Assembly (NCBI GenBank): GCA_051362555.1
Contig: CM120640.1
Coordinates: 55,096,788 to 55,160,787 of the forward strand
Direction of reading: 5' to 3'
From: Lingula anatina
Lineage: Eukaryota; Animalia; Brachiopoda
Length of the DNA: 64,000 nt
Notes under the pieces: generated by a model
Seen by the model: only the letters and a program-made list of their open reading frames with translations
Databases searched by the model: none
What the model was told of the DNA's origin: nothing
Position numbers and translations under genes: made by a program
Part shown: in pieces, positions 49,301 to 63,318 of the stretch
Layout of the letters: each line of letters starts with the position of its first letter
Numbering within the stretch: position 1 is the first letter of the stretch

Positions 49301-52300
49301 AATATGCGTGGATGGTAGAGCGAACCAACCACAGTTTCCTTAATATTTTGATTGATATAGTAATGAGCCAGCATTGCACGCATCTGTCCCTCAAAGTCAT
49401 TTGTGGCTAATAATACAAGATATTTTACACCACCACTCCTGAGATGCCGGTCGGGACCCCCACCCCGTCACCGCACAGGTGCAAGGCCGCCCGGGAAACC
49501 CGATGATTCATGTTTTCACTATACTATTTACAATACAGTCTTGTGGTGTAAAATGTCGTGTAAAAAGTTGTCAATCAGTTGAAGGATCAACATTTTCAAT
49601 GCTTTGATCTGTCAATGACTGAAGGCCTCATGGCGATTTTGTCACATCAGCCTGGTCAAATATTTAAGCAAGGAAATTGCACTTGGTATAAACGCCAAGT
49701 GTCGTGACTATTTCCTCCCTATCCCAATGAACGTCGGTCGTCGTTTAGAGCGATTTGCACTTTATATATCTGGAATTGTTATTGATATAATTTTTCAACC
49801 ATAAATTAAATGATAAAACAAACTTATACAAACAATATTTTTCAATAAAAGGGTTGTCATAGCAATTAAAAATCTAAAGCACTTTAATTTATTTTCAATA
49901 TCCATTTGATGATATTGTGATTGCTATTTACTGTACGAACATCATATTCCTAACTATTTTACGTTCTTTGTTAACACAATGACACACCTCTCACTTGCCC
50001 TTTCAAGCTGGAATACAATATGACTTACACTGCAATATTTCGTCAAGTACGAACGATGCAACTCGTAAGGTAACATCCGTCCCGGGGGACCCGATATCAT
50101 ATTTCCTGTGCATTAACATTTATTGACATAACAAAATAAAGGCATAATTGTTCCATGCTGTCATTTTTTTCTTTTTGACTCTAAAGGCGCCCTTTTCCTG
50201 CGCAGCCATTGTATTTAATACTATAATATTGCACGACCGCTGCAGTCTTCTAAATTGCTGAGGTAAATGCATTAAAAGAACAAGAGCCGAATCAGAGGTG
50301 AATTATTTACTCTTTTTTCTTCTCCACCTGTGCCGTCATTGTTCCGTAAAAAGTCAAGCGAGAATGTATTTGTCAAACTGAAAAAGCTACATAACAAAAT
50401 TTATTACATGAAGAAAAGTCAATTCCCCGATAGTAAAGGCGAAATGAAGTGGGCTCTCGTGTTGCTCCTGCCACCATGTTGATACAATCGAATTTTCATA
50501 TACGGTTTCGCACTTTTGTTGTGTCACGTATCTCTTCAAATAACTCACATTAACTTTTCAGTCTTTTCCCCGCAGGTGTGGTGTAAACTTCCCTTAAAGT
50601 TGGATACTCCTTTCACCGGGAATTGTTTGTTGCGCGATGTTATTCATCAATTTGTATTTATTAAAGGCGAACCTGATGCTGATGAAGCTATCTGGGGTGA
50701 AAGTCATCTAAGAAAAAATGTCACTCGGTATCGAACGCTGTGTATCAAATGAGACAAAGGTTAACTTGGAAATCGGTGCTCGTGACCATCAATTTGAAAT
50801 GCTCGCCTAACCAAGAACGCCTGATACAACGAAAAAAAGGCAATCGAAATTAATTAAGGCTTTTTAATGATTCATATGTAAATGCCACTTGAAGCTATTT
50901 AGCATTGTAGTCAAATAAATCGAGCTGTGTCTGTACGTAGGCCTATTATTTTTTACCAGATCCCTTTTACATGTTCGTCTCTGTTTCGTCCCTCCATGAA
51001 GTCTCGTGAACTTTTACACTGTTATGTTTTAAAGGAATGATGTATTTCTCAATTGTGCAAACTAACATCCCTTTCTAATTGGCCAAACAAAGAAAATGTC
51101 AACTTTCGAGAATTGCTGCAGTAAAAGGCGTTTTTGCAAGGGCCCTTCTCTTTCCTCTAACATTCTATACTATTTGATTATTGTGATTCCTGTGTTTGTC
51201 CCTTTTTAATTTCACATTATCAAAATACATCTTAAAGAATTTGCTCAAATTATATTTATATTTGCATAACCGCACTTCCCCATATTTACCTCAAATAATC
51301 ATTTTCTTATACTTACGTACTTGCATTTCCCATCTAGAGACACTTTTTTTCATTTATTAATACTACAAATGATCTGTCATTTTCCCTTTTCCTGTGCATT
51401 TTTTTCGAGAAACTTTTTCATAAAGATTTTTTTCAATTTAACGTCGCGCATCATTTTGTGGCGCATTATTTCCTGTAATTTTATTAATATTGCATGGTTT
51501 TCATTTACTTCCAGTGCAAAGTGCGAGGACGAAGGATATTTCCGAGCATTATTGATATTTCGTTTTGTTTATTCATACAGGTGTTAAAAGGAACAGCAAC
51601 ATTGAGAGGGACTTCACACCTATGTAAGTGAGCCGACTCAATGATAGGTCAGTAAATTGCAATCAACAACATGTTGCAATGAACGCCAGCTTTTCTCTCC
51701 GAGGGCCGACCCAACCATTAACAGGGGATAAGTGCTTGTAGTTGTACTTAACTCGTAGAAAATGGGTTGGAGTGTTAAGTTATGTGTGGGCCCATCAAGT
51801 CACCTATTACTTGATCGTCGACACCGTAATTACTGAGGTTTAGTGTTTGCTGAGGTATTGACTTCACTCTAAATCGCTGTAATCAGTGCTAACGAGCTTT
51901 AATCTCCCACTATACCGCGCTTATACGTAGAAAGTCAAAGACCAGAGAGGCCTAAATCAACAGGCCAATAGAATGTCCAGTGGTTCAAGAGAGGCTCATC
52001 GATATGATTGGTCAATAGGGGTTTTAGCGTCGGGGTCGTTCGGTGCATTTTCCCGAGAAGGCTAATACATTAGTTTGTCCTGTCATCCATTCTTACGCCA
52101 ACCAGGGCTATTCTATAAATAATTAAACCATGATGATTTTACGGAAGGTTGGATAGAACCATTCCCTCAGCATTTAGAAATTAAATTCCAAATGAGGATG
52201 TTGACACATAAATCAGAAGGCCATCTTGCTTTTTTTTTTTACAATGATCATTAGTTTATTTATAATTCAAAAAGGTGCCTTTTGTTTCATTGGAAATAAT

Positions 52301-52679
52301 TATCAGATTTTATGGTTTTGGCATATATATAATAGTTATTATATGAAATAGAAATTAAGTCACTGTGACCAGATGCAGCTGTAGAACCGGTGCAATTCAG
52401 TCAACAGTGCACACAATTTCCACGTGTTTTTTTCAACGTCAAAACAAACTAAACCGTGTTGTTTATTTAATCCAAACAGAAAACGACGAAATCAGCAAAT
52501 GAAACCAACGAGTAATAACAACTTGATTAGTCAGAATTGATGATGGCTGGTGAGGCCAGGTGTGCCAGAGGTGTGTTTCTCTTAATCAGGCTATGAGCGT
52601 TCCCTTTCCCTCTTCAGTTTTAAACTACTGCATATTCATGCCACTGTCAACATTTCCCTGTCACTCACAGGTAAACCAG

Positions 52680-53140
52680 TGCAGTTTAAAGTCAACCTTA
52701 AACAATCGCGAGTGGCGTTCGACCCCGCATTTTATATAGTTGGTGGGGTGGGAAAAACTTTTGTCCAACGCTTTTACAATTGACAAGACTTCAATCTGCA
52801 AAGATGCGATAAACACACATAAGTAGGGAACGTTCTGTGTGTGTGTATTATGTTTGTGCCTTGGGCATAGAATGCGATCCGAAGCAGCGACCAATCAGCC
52901 GCTCGCTATCAATAAAGTCGCTTGCTTGTATTGTGTTGTATTCCACACAGTGGGTGCACAAGTCACCGGGATGATGTAGAAAGCTCACTGCCCCCGAGCA
53001 CTTTGAGTTTTCCACCCTACTGCGCCAAACTCGAGTTAAGCCCAAGCGGACAACTCGGACAGTTTCAAGCCAACAGGGCAAGAGGACGGACGTGTCGGAA
53101 GAGGCTCCTATCGGAATAGTGTTCATCGTCCACAAGAACC
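52680..53140 (+). promoter_or_regulatory. tailless/NR2E1 proximal promoter and 5' UTR
   Basis: CCAAT box (gaccaatcagc, ~52889) and AAAGTCA at 52688, CpG-rich, directly upstream of the coding start. Confidence 0.55.
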
Positions 53141-53165
53141 ATGAACAAGCTCGCTGGAGCTTCAA
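53141..53165 (+). CDS. NR2E1: tailless/TLX nuclear receptor, coding exon 1
   Basis: accATG AAC AAG CTC GCT GGA GCT TCA A|gtaagt joins exon 2 to give [17 protein letters not shown], compare vertebrate TLX MSKPAGSTSRILDIPC. Confidence 0.85.
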
Positions 53166-55916
53166 GTAAGTGGACAAGGACGTTTATTTAGTACTTTATT
53201 GATCAATTGATTTACTTTTGGTTGTCTCAATGGACTTTGGGCCTATAGTGAAAACTCAAAGCAGGTGTGGCAGACTGCGTGGAGCCGTTACTATTTATAG
53301 ATTAGATATAGAAGGTAATGCTGAAATAAAATAAGGAAAAATAGGGAAAAGTTTGCATTAATGTACGTTAAAATATACTTGGATTTAGATATTTCAAATC
53401 AAGCTGCATTTATTATGCATTTATTATTTCTTAAACAACATTTTTGGTTTTAAAATTGCTAACTTGTTTTGAGAATTGAGAAAGGTCGTGCACATATTCA
53501 GTCAGTAATTTTAGACAATTAAAAAATATTCATCTACATATAAAAATGAAATAGATACGATTATGTTTTATTTACAAATAAATAAACGTCAATATTGATC
53601 GGAAAAATAGTTTTTGTTGACTGATAAAATGCTACCTCTCTGTCTCTCTCTCTCTCTCTCTCTCATTTTTAAATGTCTATTTAAAACACATTTTCTTTGA
53701 TATTTTTTGCTTTAAATACCTCTTCATATATATCTATATAACTTTATAGCGTTGGGATTTATTTTTTAAAAGTAGATTTCTGTAAACGCAAACTATTCAA
53801 CCTTTATTTCTGTTTGTAGATAATTCAAAATTTCATTTATTTAAATGATAAAGGATATCTTCTATTTTATTAGATGATTTAGATTATACAACTGACATTT
53901 ATCTATTGTTGTAATTTCCAAAGTTAATAACCGGCTTACTTCCTCCTTTTGCATGTTATTCCGAATATGACATTCTGACTGCGGATTTTTCAATATCTTA
54001 AGTTCTAAACGCAGGTGAAACGGATATGTTTAATAAAAGAGTCAGTATCTAATCGATCAGCTTATTTTAGTCACCTAGCCCTTTCCTTTTGAACACACTT
54101 TATTAGTCGTTAGTGTATTATTTGAAATGATGAATTAATAATGAACATCGATGATGGAGTAAGAAGCGATGCGTTAGAGATTTCCGAGCGCTCATTCGGG
54201 CATTCAAAGTCGATTTCCTGAGGAAAATAAGAGATTTATGAAGTCGAGAAGATTTGATGAGATTGAGAAATTATTGTTTTCTACAGGTTTTATTCTCTAA
54301 GATAAAGGATTTCCTGTGAAATTATTTGATAACTTACAATTGCTTTATATGAGTTTTATTTGATGAGTTTAAGAAATCTATGTTTATACGTATGGCAGTG
54401 CCTTATACGATCGCGTGGCTACTGCTGAAACACATGTCCCAAATTTCCTGTTACATACAATCAATTGCAGAAATATAATTGTTTCTATTTCCCCAGTCGA
54501 CGAAATTAGTCTGGAGGACGAGGCATTTTCTTATGACAGGTTTTCCTGAATTTCCAGCCGGTCAATTGATATGAATCTGAGAATAAAACTGAAATTTCCT
54601 GTAAAATCTTATTAAACATTTTGAGCAAATCCGACTCTTTTTCTTTGCTTTATTAGGGGTTGATCGAAAAAGATACGAATAAATCGTTAATGCAGTGGAC
54701 GGAATAGAGTTTCATAGGGTTAGACGTATAAAATATTAAAAATTAAAATTCGACTAGATACAAGACCGCAGAAATGTTGCTTATGATAAAATTGCTTTGT
54801 TTGTCGTATTTTGACCATATTTGGTTTGCCTGATTAATTCAAAAATATACCATATTAATCCTTAGCCGGCAGATATTTATATTAGCAAAAGTATGTGCGA
54901 GCTAGCTGACTAGTCAACACCACTCCCAACGGCAACGGTGCGTTTTTTAAAAATATTAGTGGATATTATGTAAAAAAAAAATAATATCATGATGCTGACG
55001 TTTTGCTTATACATTTCTACATGTAATTAGGGTTAATAGACGTCATGAGCTTTGTTTCATTAACATCTGAACATAATATGCACACTTTTTTGTGTGATAT
55101 TTTATGTCAACGTTCTTAGCTTTTATTGTAAACGTTTATTATTTTCGCTTGTGTGACAATGACTTTTCATGTCATCTCAAAAGTTAATCCCGTTACAAAT
55201 ACTGCCAACTTGTCATCTAGTGAAAGAGAAGAAAAATTTAACCTCAATTACGATTATTACAATCCCGTCAAAACGGCTTTTGAAAAAGAAGAGGGTCTGT
55301 CAGCAAACTAAGAAGGTGTTATCGGAAATGTGTGCTAATTTTCTACCTTTTGACACATTCTTGATGGGTTAAGTTGAAACATTCGTGAGTCAAGTGGCCC
55401 AACTTGTCAGTTTCAACAACTGTGACACGGAAAGAATTTAACAGCCTTGTAATATGCCACAATTTACGCGACATTTGGGGCTAACCCACCAGCGGGAGAG
55501 CTTTTGTTAGAAGTGACCTTTTTGACGCAGTGTTTATCTAACCTCCTCAATTTTTGGCAATTTGGATCAACTTAATCTTTAAATGATACTGAAATGAGCG
55601 CTGATTAATATCCAGAGGAATCTATATATTCTTTCCAAACATTTTGTAAAAAATAGGGCACATGAGTTTCAAAACTCTTAAAATAAGGTATATTTTTTCC
55701 ATCTCCAAGTTGATCGTGGAATGCAGTTATCTAAGCCCGATAAATCAGTACCTTTAACCTATATGTTTTGACTAACTATCAATATGAAGATGAAGATTAA
55801 GATTTTTGCGTCAAAAATTTCTTTGACTTTTAGAATATCCCTAATATATACTTATATATACATACAATATATAATTATAAGATTATTTCCATTCTGATTT
55901 TTTTCCCAATTTTCAG

Positions 55917-55998
55917 GCCGTATTCTTATGGATATCCCGTGTAAGGTGTGTCAGGACCACTCTTCGGGGAAACATTATGGAATTTATGCTTGCGATGG
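55917..55998 (+). CDS. NR2E1: tailless/NR2E1 exon 2 (zinc finger 1)
   Basis: [27 protein letters not shown]. Phase 1-2. Confidence 0.96.
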
Positions 55999-56235
55999 GT
56001 AAGTTTTGATTTTTTTTTTTCTAGATTAACTTCAGGGTTTTATTAAGTTTTGTCCCATTATTCATCTGATTTATTACTTGTTTGTGTATAGATTATACCC
56101 TGTAACTATTTAAAACCGTACACAATTTATGATTAAATGTTAAAAAGACTTCTTAAGAGGCTTCGGTGTTAATAGATTTTTAAAGGTTTCTTTATTAGCA
56201 CAGTTACTAATATTTTGTCATTTCTTTCTTTGCAG

Positions 56236-56254
56236 ATGTGCAGGGTTCTTCAAG
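56236..56254 (+). CDS. NR2E1: tailless/NR2E1 exon 3 (19-nt micro-exon, P-box)
   Basis: ttgcag|A TGT GCA GGG TTC TTC AAG|gtgagt = (G)CAGFFK, required to complete the DBD. Confidence 0.93.
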
Positions 56255-56445
56255 GTGAGTAGAGAAAATGATTACGGAGTGAGACATCTTGGATTTTCTA
56301 CAAGGTTTTCTACATAAAAATAAAGTTTTGTTCGTTTCGGGCTCAAATTGTAATTTATCGAAAATGTATTTCAATTGAAATATAGTCGGTATATTTCTTG
56401 GTTACTGTGCTTTTATATTGATGCTTTAATTGGAATATTTTTCAG

Positions 56446-56584
56446 CGCTCCATTCGCCGAAATCGCCAGTATATCTGTAAGTCACGCGGGCAGACTGGGG
56501 GATGTCCAGTAGATAAAACCCACAGGAACCAATGCCGAGCCTGTAGGCTCAAGAAATGTATGGACGCTGGTATGAACAAAGATG
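56446..56584 (+). CDS. NR2E1: tailless/NR2E1 exon 4 (zinc finger 2)
   Basis: [46 protein letters not shown]. Phase 0-1. Confidence 0.96.
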
Positions 56585-59500
56585 GTACGTTGATAATATC
56601 TTTTCTTTTTCTCTCCCTATGATTTCAAAGATTTTTGTTTGGTTTTTTATTTATGCTTTTATTAAAAATGTTATGACATTTTGTTTTTTCCCAACTGTTG
56701 TTGCACCCATATAAAAAGCAACAGTATTTTGTATTTTCTTGCTTTCTTCATCATTCAGCCAGATAACTTTTTTACACAACTAGTTGTTGTTGTACAACTC
56801 GATTTACGAAACTTCTGAAGAAGTTTGGTCGTGTCTTAAAAATAAATGTAACAAAAGAAATAGGGATGACCCTTTGGTACAGTTGAACAAATAGGCCCTG
56901 GACACCTGTGCCAACTTTGGTTGCATAGGGGAGCGCCTCGGCGTTCAAGGGTCGAGAGCTCCGGGCCAAGAAACTTTTCTACAAAGTCCACGACTTGCAG
57001 TTACGTCATTAATCAATGAGTGAAGCAGTTGAATAGCAGGGCCGATGCCGTATTTGTATATCTGTTCTTCGAGCCGCAAAGCAGTGTATTCAGTATTTTC
57101 TTATGACTTCGTCATTCCTGTACAATGCACTGCGGGGGCACTCGGTGCAGTTTGTTCACCCTTGAGTCAGGGGCAAGATAAATAAGACTTTCTAAGACTG
57201 TCGCACCTTAACTAAAACAGTCACCAACTTGAAGGCAAAATAATTAAAACAACTCCTTATTGTTATTGGCCTTTATCCACGATAGTGATGTTAATTGAAG
57301 TTCATCACCAGATACTTGGTCTCAATGCCTTATAAGGCAATGTAGTGAGTCAGAGTTATTTTCTTTTACGGATAAATGAAGCAGATTTTCGGAATACTCG
57401 TTTTGCAGAGTATGCGAACTGAAACCACTTAAAACATGTTTTGTGTAGATATAATGAACAATTTTGACACATTTATATCGAATAAATAAACAATAAAATA
57501 AAGTAATAAATAAATTCCGAAATATATTTTTATCGTTTTCTTAAACTGCGGATAGTCATTTTATAATTTCACCAAGGATCTTCTAATGGTAATTTTTTGT
57601 CTGGTGTGAACCAATATTTGTTGCTATTCCATTTTGCATTCTTATCGAAGCAATTAAAATTTTTCAAAATTTTTTCTATAATATTCTATAATTTGGTTGC
57701 AATTTAGGATATAAAATTAAAAAGGGCGATTACTAAAAACACAATACACGTGCCACAAGGAAGCGCAATTACTTCTTTAATAAGTATTTAAAGTATAATA
57801 CCCCGAGGGAAGGGTGAAGAAATAAGAAAAGCTTTTTGCGTTTTTCCCTTCTGTGAAAAATTTCAAGTGTTTGGCGTCCGTTTTCACTTACCTCTTTGGT
57901 CGCTCCAATTGCAGCTGCGCAAATAAGTGGGCATTGTAAATGTATTTATTAAGTAGTGGCTTTTGGTATAAGACCAAATCACACAGGCGCAAGTAACACT
58001 GAGGTTTAAAGCACCTAAGTCCGATGGGCTTTAACATAATTCCCTTTTACTGATACAGAATTAATGAAAACCTAATTGCTGTTAACATCGCATTGACACA
58101 GTAAACCGACATTCCAACATGGCTTGGCTTTTACCTTTGTCAGGTATCTATTCAAATTGCATTCAATTAGCCTTATTCATTTCATTTCTGATTAATTCTT
58201 GCCAATCATATAATTTATGAAAATATTATCCCAGATATCAGAAATCAAACCAAGTCAGTGTAAGCGAAACAAAAGTGTGCATTGCAGGCGCAAAAGGGAA
58301 ATTCAACAGCGCGCAAGGACAATATGAAAATATTTGATCGCACTTAAGGGTAGCAAGTGCATTGGGGACAGCGCCGCCGGTCAAGGGGGGTTTAAAGCTA
58401 CTTGACCATGTGACAAAAGGTGGACACATTAATTTTGGTAAATGTCTGACTCTTTTCCTGGGAAGTAAAACCCATCTTTTGCGGTAAAATTTCATAACAT
58501 TATCAAAAGAAGCATCTTTTGTGAGATTTAGTTTACAAATACACTCGATATGTGGTAAAAGGATACTTCAGTGAAATCGAATTAGGAGCGAACAAGGTCA
58601 AGTGAATATCCTACGCTGTTTGAAGTTTAAAACGAAGGGAAATAACTATTACGCCACAGTTTAAAGCCCACACCAAATAGTCGTAAATGACCAAATTTTT
58701 CCCAGTGAATTTTGCCAAATCGCTAATATAATAAGACAGAAAATTGTAGAGGCGAAAAATGAGTTGACTCAACATTTTTGATAAGACCAGGTGGTTTTGC
58801 TATCTCTTATGTATTATCTTTGATGACTGTTCGATATAATACATTGGTATTAGATTTCCAAGCCACGTCTTTCACGAAGGTGGGTGCGCACAATTTTAAA
58901 TTTGATTAAATCTGGAAATACCGCTATTAGAGAAAAGGAAAATAAGACTATTAGATATCTTTAGGCTGTGCTGTTAGCCTTCCAGTAAACTATCCCACTA
59001 CAGATGAGAGTGGTCAGGCACGCCAGGTTGAAGTAGAAAAGAAGCTTAGCCAAAGTAATCTCTTTGCTTACAGTTCAGGTTAGGTTAGGACGTAAATTGA
59101 ACTCGACTTAATCGATTTAATTGATTTTTACCCTCAATAGCTTTTAACTCTTTTTCAAGCGCAGGTCTCTATTGACTTTTGTTCTTTCGCTGAAAGAAGC
59201 CAAGTGTTTTTTCTTTTAACTTTTTGCATTATGCATTGCTTAAGAAATCCGAGTTTGTTGATTTTTCCTTTTGAGAATTAGTTTTATCGCCCGGCCTGTC
59301 ATTAGATAAACAAAAAAGTGTTAAGAAAATGGACGAACCATGTTCTTCGCTCACTTTAAGAATGATTTTAAGAGTTTGAAATTACACTACTCACTCCTTA
59401 TACTATATAAGATCACCCTTCCGGAAAATCGACGGATCAGAAAAATCAGTGCCTCGGGCTAGGGCTCAAATTTTCAATCCATCCATCAAATATTATCACA

Positions 59501-62258
59501 GTTTTTGGAGTTTGACATTTCCATTTGCTTCGAGAGATACAAACAATTATAGATTATTTCTGTTTTTGAATCAGTTTTCGTGAAAGTTGATAAATGTCAG
59601 GTAGTTTTGACTTCAAGTCTTCCTTCATTCTGAGTTGGTGGTGCATGTGATGAGCGAAAGTCACATTTCTCTTCAAATCACAATAGTATCACGTTTGGAA
59701 TTCAATTTAGTTATCGAAATAAACTGTGCCAATTTCGACTTCCCCTTTCCATATGTGCCGATGGTTTGACGGATCGGATACGATAATGGTTCATAATTTA
59801 CCTTGAATTTTATCCAGTTATACCCAGCGTTTTTGTTTCATGAAATGCTTTAAAAGCGTGAAGATCTATTTGTGGGAAGATATGTAAATGCTGAGCTGGG
59901 AGCTTATCCGCGGCCCAAAATACTCCACCAAAACGGATTTTGATCACAACATATAAGCACTTTTTTATTTACTGTTAAAGTACAGCCTTCCCATTAAATC
60001 AAAAACAATGTGTCGAAGCGTTTTTTTAATTTTTATTTTAGTTTTGAATGACATTCGATCAAAATGAAGTTCGTTGTCATCTGTCACCATTAAGTCTCGA
60101 TGCGTGGTCTCAGATTTTAGTGTTGTTTTAAAGCAAATTATGTTAAAACGCATTTAACATGGCATGTTTAAATCTCATTAAGCTAATTATTTACAAAACT
60201 CGCATCATTTAGATACTTCTTTGGTCTCTTTTTTTTAAATTCATCTTTTATCATTTTATTTCGTAAAATCAATTTATTTGAAAATACAATTTAGAAAAAT
60301 TATTCCAAAGGTTTTAGTCTTAATTTAATTTCAGCACAGAACCAAAGACATCTGTTTGTTTTAAGCCAATTAACTTCTTTATTTATTCAGTAAAGGCAGC
60401 CTTATAAAACATGTTTATATATAAGAAAATGTATATTCAAATAGACAAACATGTGATTCTGTGCAAGCCACGGTCCTTCCATTCATAGTTGAGCATGGAC
60501 GCAATAACCTCCGAAATTTGATCCATTTCTCACTCACACAAGCTCGATTGGTTTTACATAAATGTTTGTGTTTAGCTTCTGATATTACGGGTGACAAAAT
60601 TGCCAGCTTCTATGACTTTGTTAACCGAAGGAAATACATTAGAGCATGCTTTGGCGGTGATGGACGTGAGGGGGAGAAAGGAAATATTCACAGTGAAATA
60701 AAATAAAGATTTTTTCACAATGTGAAGGTGCAAAGGAAATGTTACAAATAGGATTTTCAATTAGATATAAAATAAAGCGATTTTTGAGCACTATTAGAAA
60801 GTGCCGTAGATGTTTTTTAATTAAGAAAAAAGAACTCACTGTGTATTTATTTGGGAGAACAGAAAGTATATTAAAGCAGCGACTTTGCCAGTTGAACCGA
60901 AAAAGTTGTCGTTTCAAAATGTCGAGTTATGACCCTAAACAAAACAAATCAAAACCGCGCGATTCCAATTTTCTTCGAGCTCTCCCCGATCTCGTCAGGG
61001 TGCACCACGGGTTCAAACCTACCGTTGACCGCACACGGTTTAACACTTTGTTGACTTTCAAAGTCATCCTAATGAATCGCGCAGTCAACCACGGTTTTAT
61101 TACACAAGAAGTGCCATTTCCACCCAAACAGAAAAGTGAAAATTTTACAAAGCTCCACTGTTTATAATTGGAACCGTGAATGAAAACCTCCTACTAGATG
61201 TTGGCAGAATTCGACAAAGCCCGCAATGAAGTAAAACATGTCGTTTGAGATTATTTATGTTACACCCCTGTGCAAATGTGCATTCGGATAAAGCCGATGG
61301 ATGGGTGCATTGTGGGACAGATCAAATGGCAGGGAGATTCTATGCGGGATATGTTTGCTTTTTGCTAATAAAAACGCGGTGACAGCTTCTAGTTCGCGTT
61401 GCGAAAAGTGACTGGAGCGCCTCTCATTATGGCCTTCAATATTTGTTCTCGGGATGGAATTCAAGCGGCGTTTGTATTATATACATAACTTGAAATTTTA
61501 TCAAAATAATCAATTTTGGTCAAACGCACTCGTTCCGCCCCTGCCCCGCCGTTTCTTGTTAAGTGGTGCTAGAACTGAAAGGGGAGAAGTGACGGTTTTG
61601 TGGCCATTACAAACGCCTGCAAGGTACGGAAACGAAATTGTCACCCAAGAGAAAACATTTGACCCCTTTTTCAAAATGGACGTGACATTAAGACTAGGGA
61701 AAAGAATATGTCCAAAAAAGCATACGGTGAAACAGTCAACCTATGCTATGTCGCACTGAGGGTCTCTATGGATTCCCCATAGTACCGGTTGCTAGCAATT
61801 TACGCTCTGGTAGTTACAAATGAAAGTATATTTCTGCCCTTTGGCATTTGGGCACATGCCCTATTAGCGTTTTTTAAATCTGTGTTTTGATGTGAATATT
61901 GAAAAGTCGCCAAGAGTCATCAATTGAATTAACGAAAAATCAAAGGTTACTTATACCTGGGAAATTTTCGCCTATCAAATTCAGGTTTGTTTGTTGGTGT
62001 AGTCAGTGAAGAGAAAAATGATTGTCTATGACACCATTTCAGAAACGAATTACCCGATTTAACACAATGAAAGCATGCATGACAATTTGAAATATAACCC
62101 TCGATTTGCAACATTTTACTTCTTGTGATATAAAAATATATCATGACGTGATCGTGTGACATAAGCGTACTAAATAAGAATCTGCAGCAATGATAAAGAA
62201 CAATCCTCTCATCTTTAATAGAGCTCTTTTTACATTATGTAATATTTCCCCATTCTAG

Positions 62259-62518
62259 CCGTGCAACACGAAAGAGGGCCGAGGAATTCTACAATCAGAC
62301 GTCAAGTTGCAATGTACCTCAAAGAACAAAGTGAACTGGGCATGCTTGCGAGCAATCCATTTCGGCCACCGTACATTAATGCCGTGATGGGCCTCTCGCC
62401 ATCTGAAATGCCTGTGGAAGGAATCTCCATCAGTACCGGATCCTCACCATTTGAAGCCTCACATCCGGGTCTCTTACCTTCTCTCACAAGTAGGATGATC
62501 TGCCATCCGATACCAAAG
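62259..62518 (+). CDS. NR2E1: tailless/NR2E1 exon 5 (T/A box plus hinge)
   Basis: AVQHERGPRNSTIRRQVAMYLKE...PIPK. Phase 1-0. Confidence 0.94.
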
Positions 62519-62861
62519 GTACTTTTGAAAGAGATTACAGGAAATTGAACAAGATTACAGGTCATAAGGAAAATTTTACATGAGTGAAAATACAAAACGA
62601 TAATTTGAATGATGAAATAGAGCTGTCGGTTTCATACATTGATAATTCGAGAAAGGTTATTGCACAAGTAAGGTTTGGTCTTTTCTGGTAAAATTTTCTA
62701 AAATTTTAATCAAGGATGACTGAAAATATTTTTTACATTTAAGACATCAAAAACATATTTACATCTCGCTCAATTTAAAACTGAATATTTCTTTAGTCAC
62801 TGAGAATATAATATTTTTAATGAAAAGAATTACGAATAACATGTATCGATCAACATTTCAG

Positions 62862-63093
62862 TACCCCCACGAAATTGCTCAAGCTTACTTTAACAGTCCC
62901 GAGGCAGTGTGTGAGGCGGCTGCAAGGTTACTCTTTATGAGTGTAAAGTGGGTGAAGAGCGTCCCCGCCTTCAATAGCCTCTCGTACAGAGATCAGATTC
63001 TCTTGCTGGAGGAATCGTGGAGAGAGCTGTTTGTGTTGGGAGCCTGTCAGTTTCAAATACCTATCGAACCTGCTTCCCTCATGGCTGCTGCCG
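62862..63093 (+). CDS. NR2E1: tailless/NR2E1 exon 6 (LBD)
   Basis: YPHE...EAVCEAAARLLFMSVKWVKSVPAFNSLSYRDQILLLEESWRELFVLG. Phase 0-1. Confidence 0.95.
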
Positions 63094-63318
63094 GTAAGTA
63101 TACTTCAGTCGAAATTCAGCATTTCTTTTTCTGTAGAATTTCTTTCAGAAGTACATTTAAGAAATTTCCATTCTTGTTTGCTTTGTGGAAACCATTTCTG
63201 TATGTGTATTACAAAAAAATATGTGAAAATTAAACATATATTAAATTCAATTATATTTACTTATACACAAAAGTTAGACATCTAACTAGAATAAAGTTAT
63301 AATTGTCATATTTTATAG

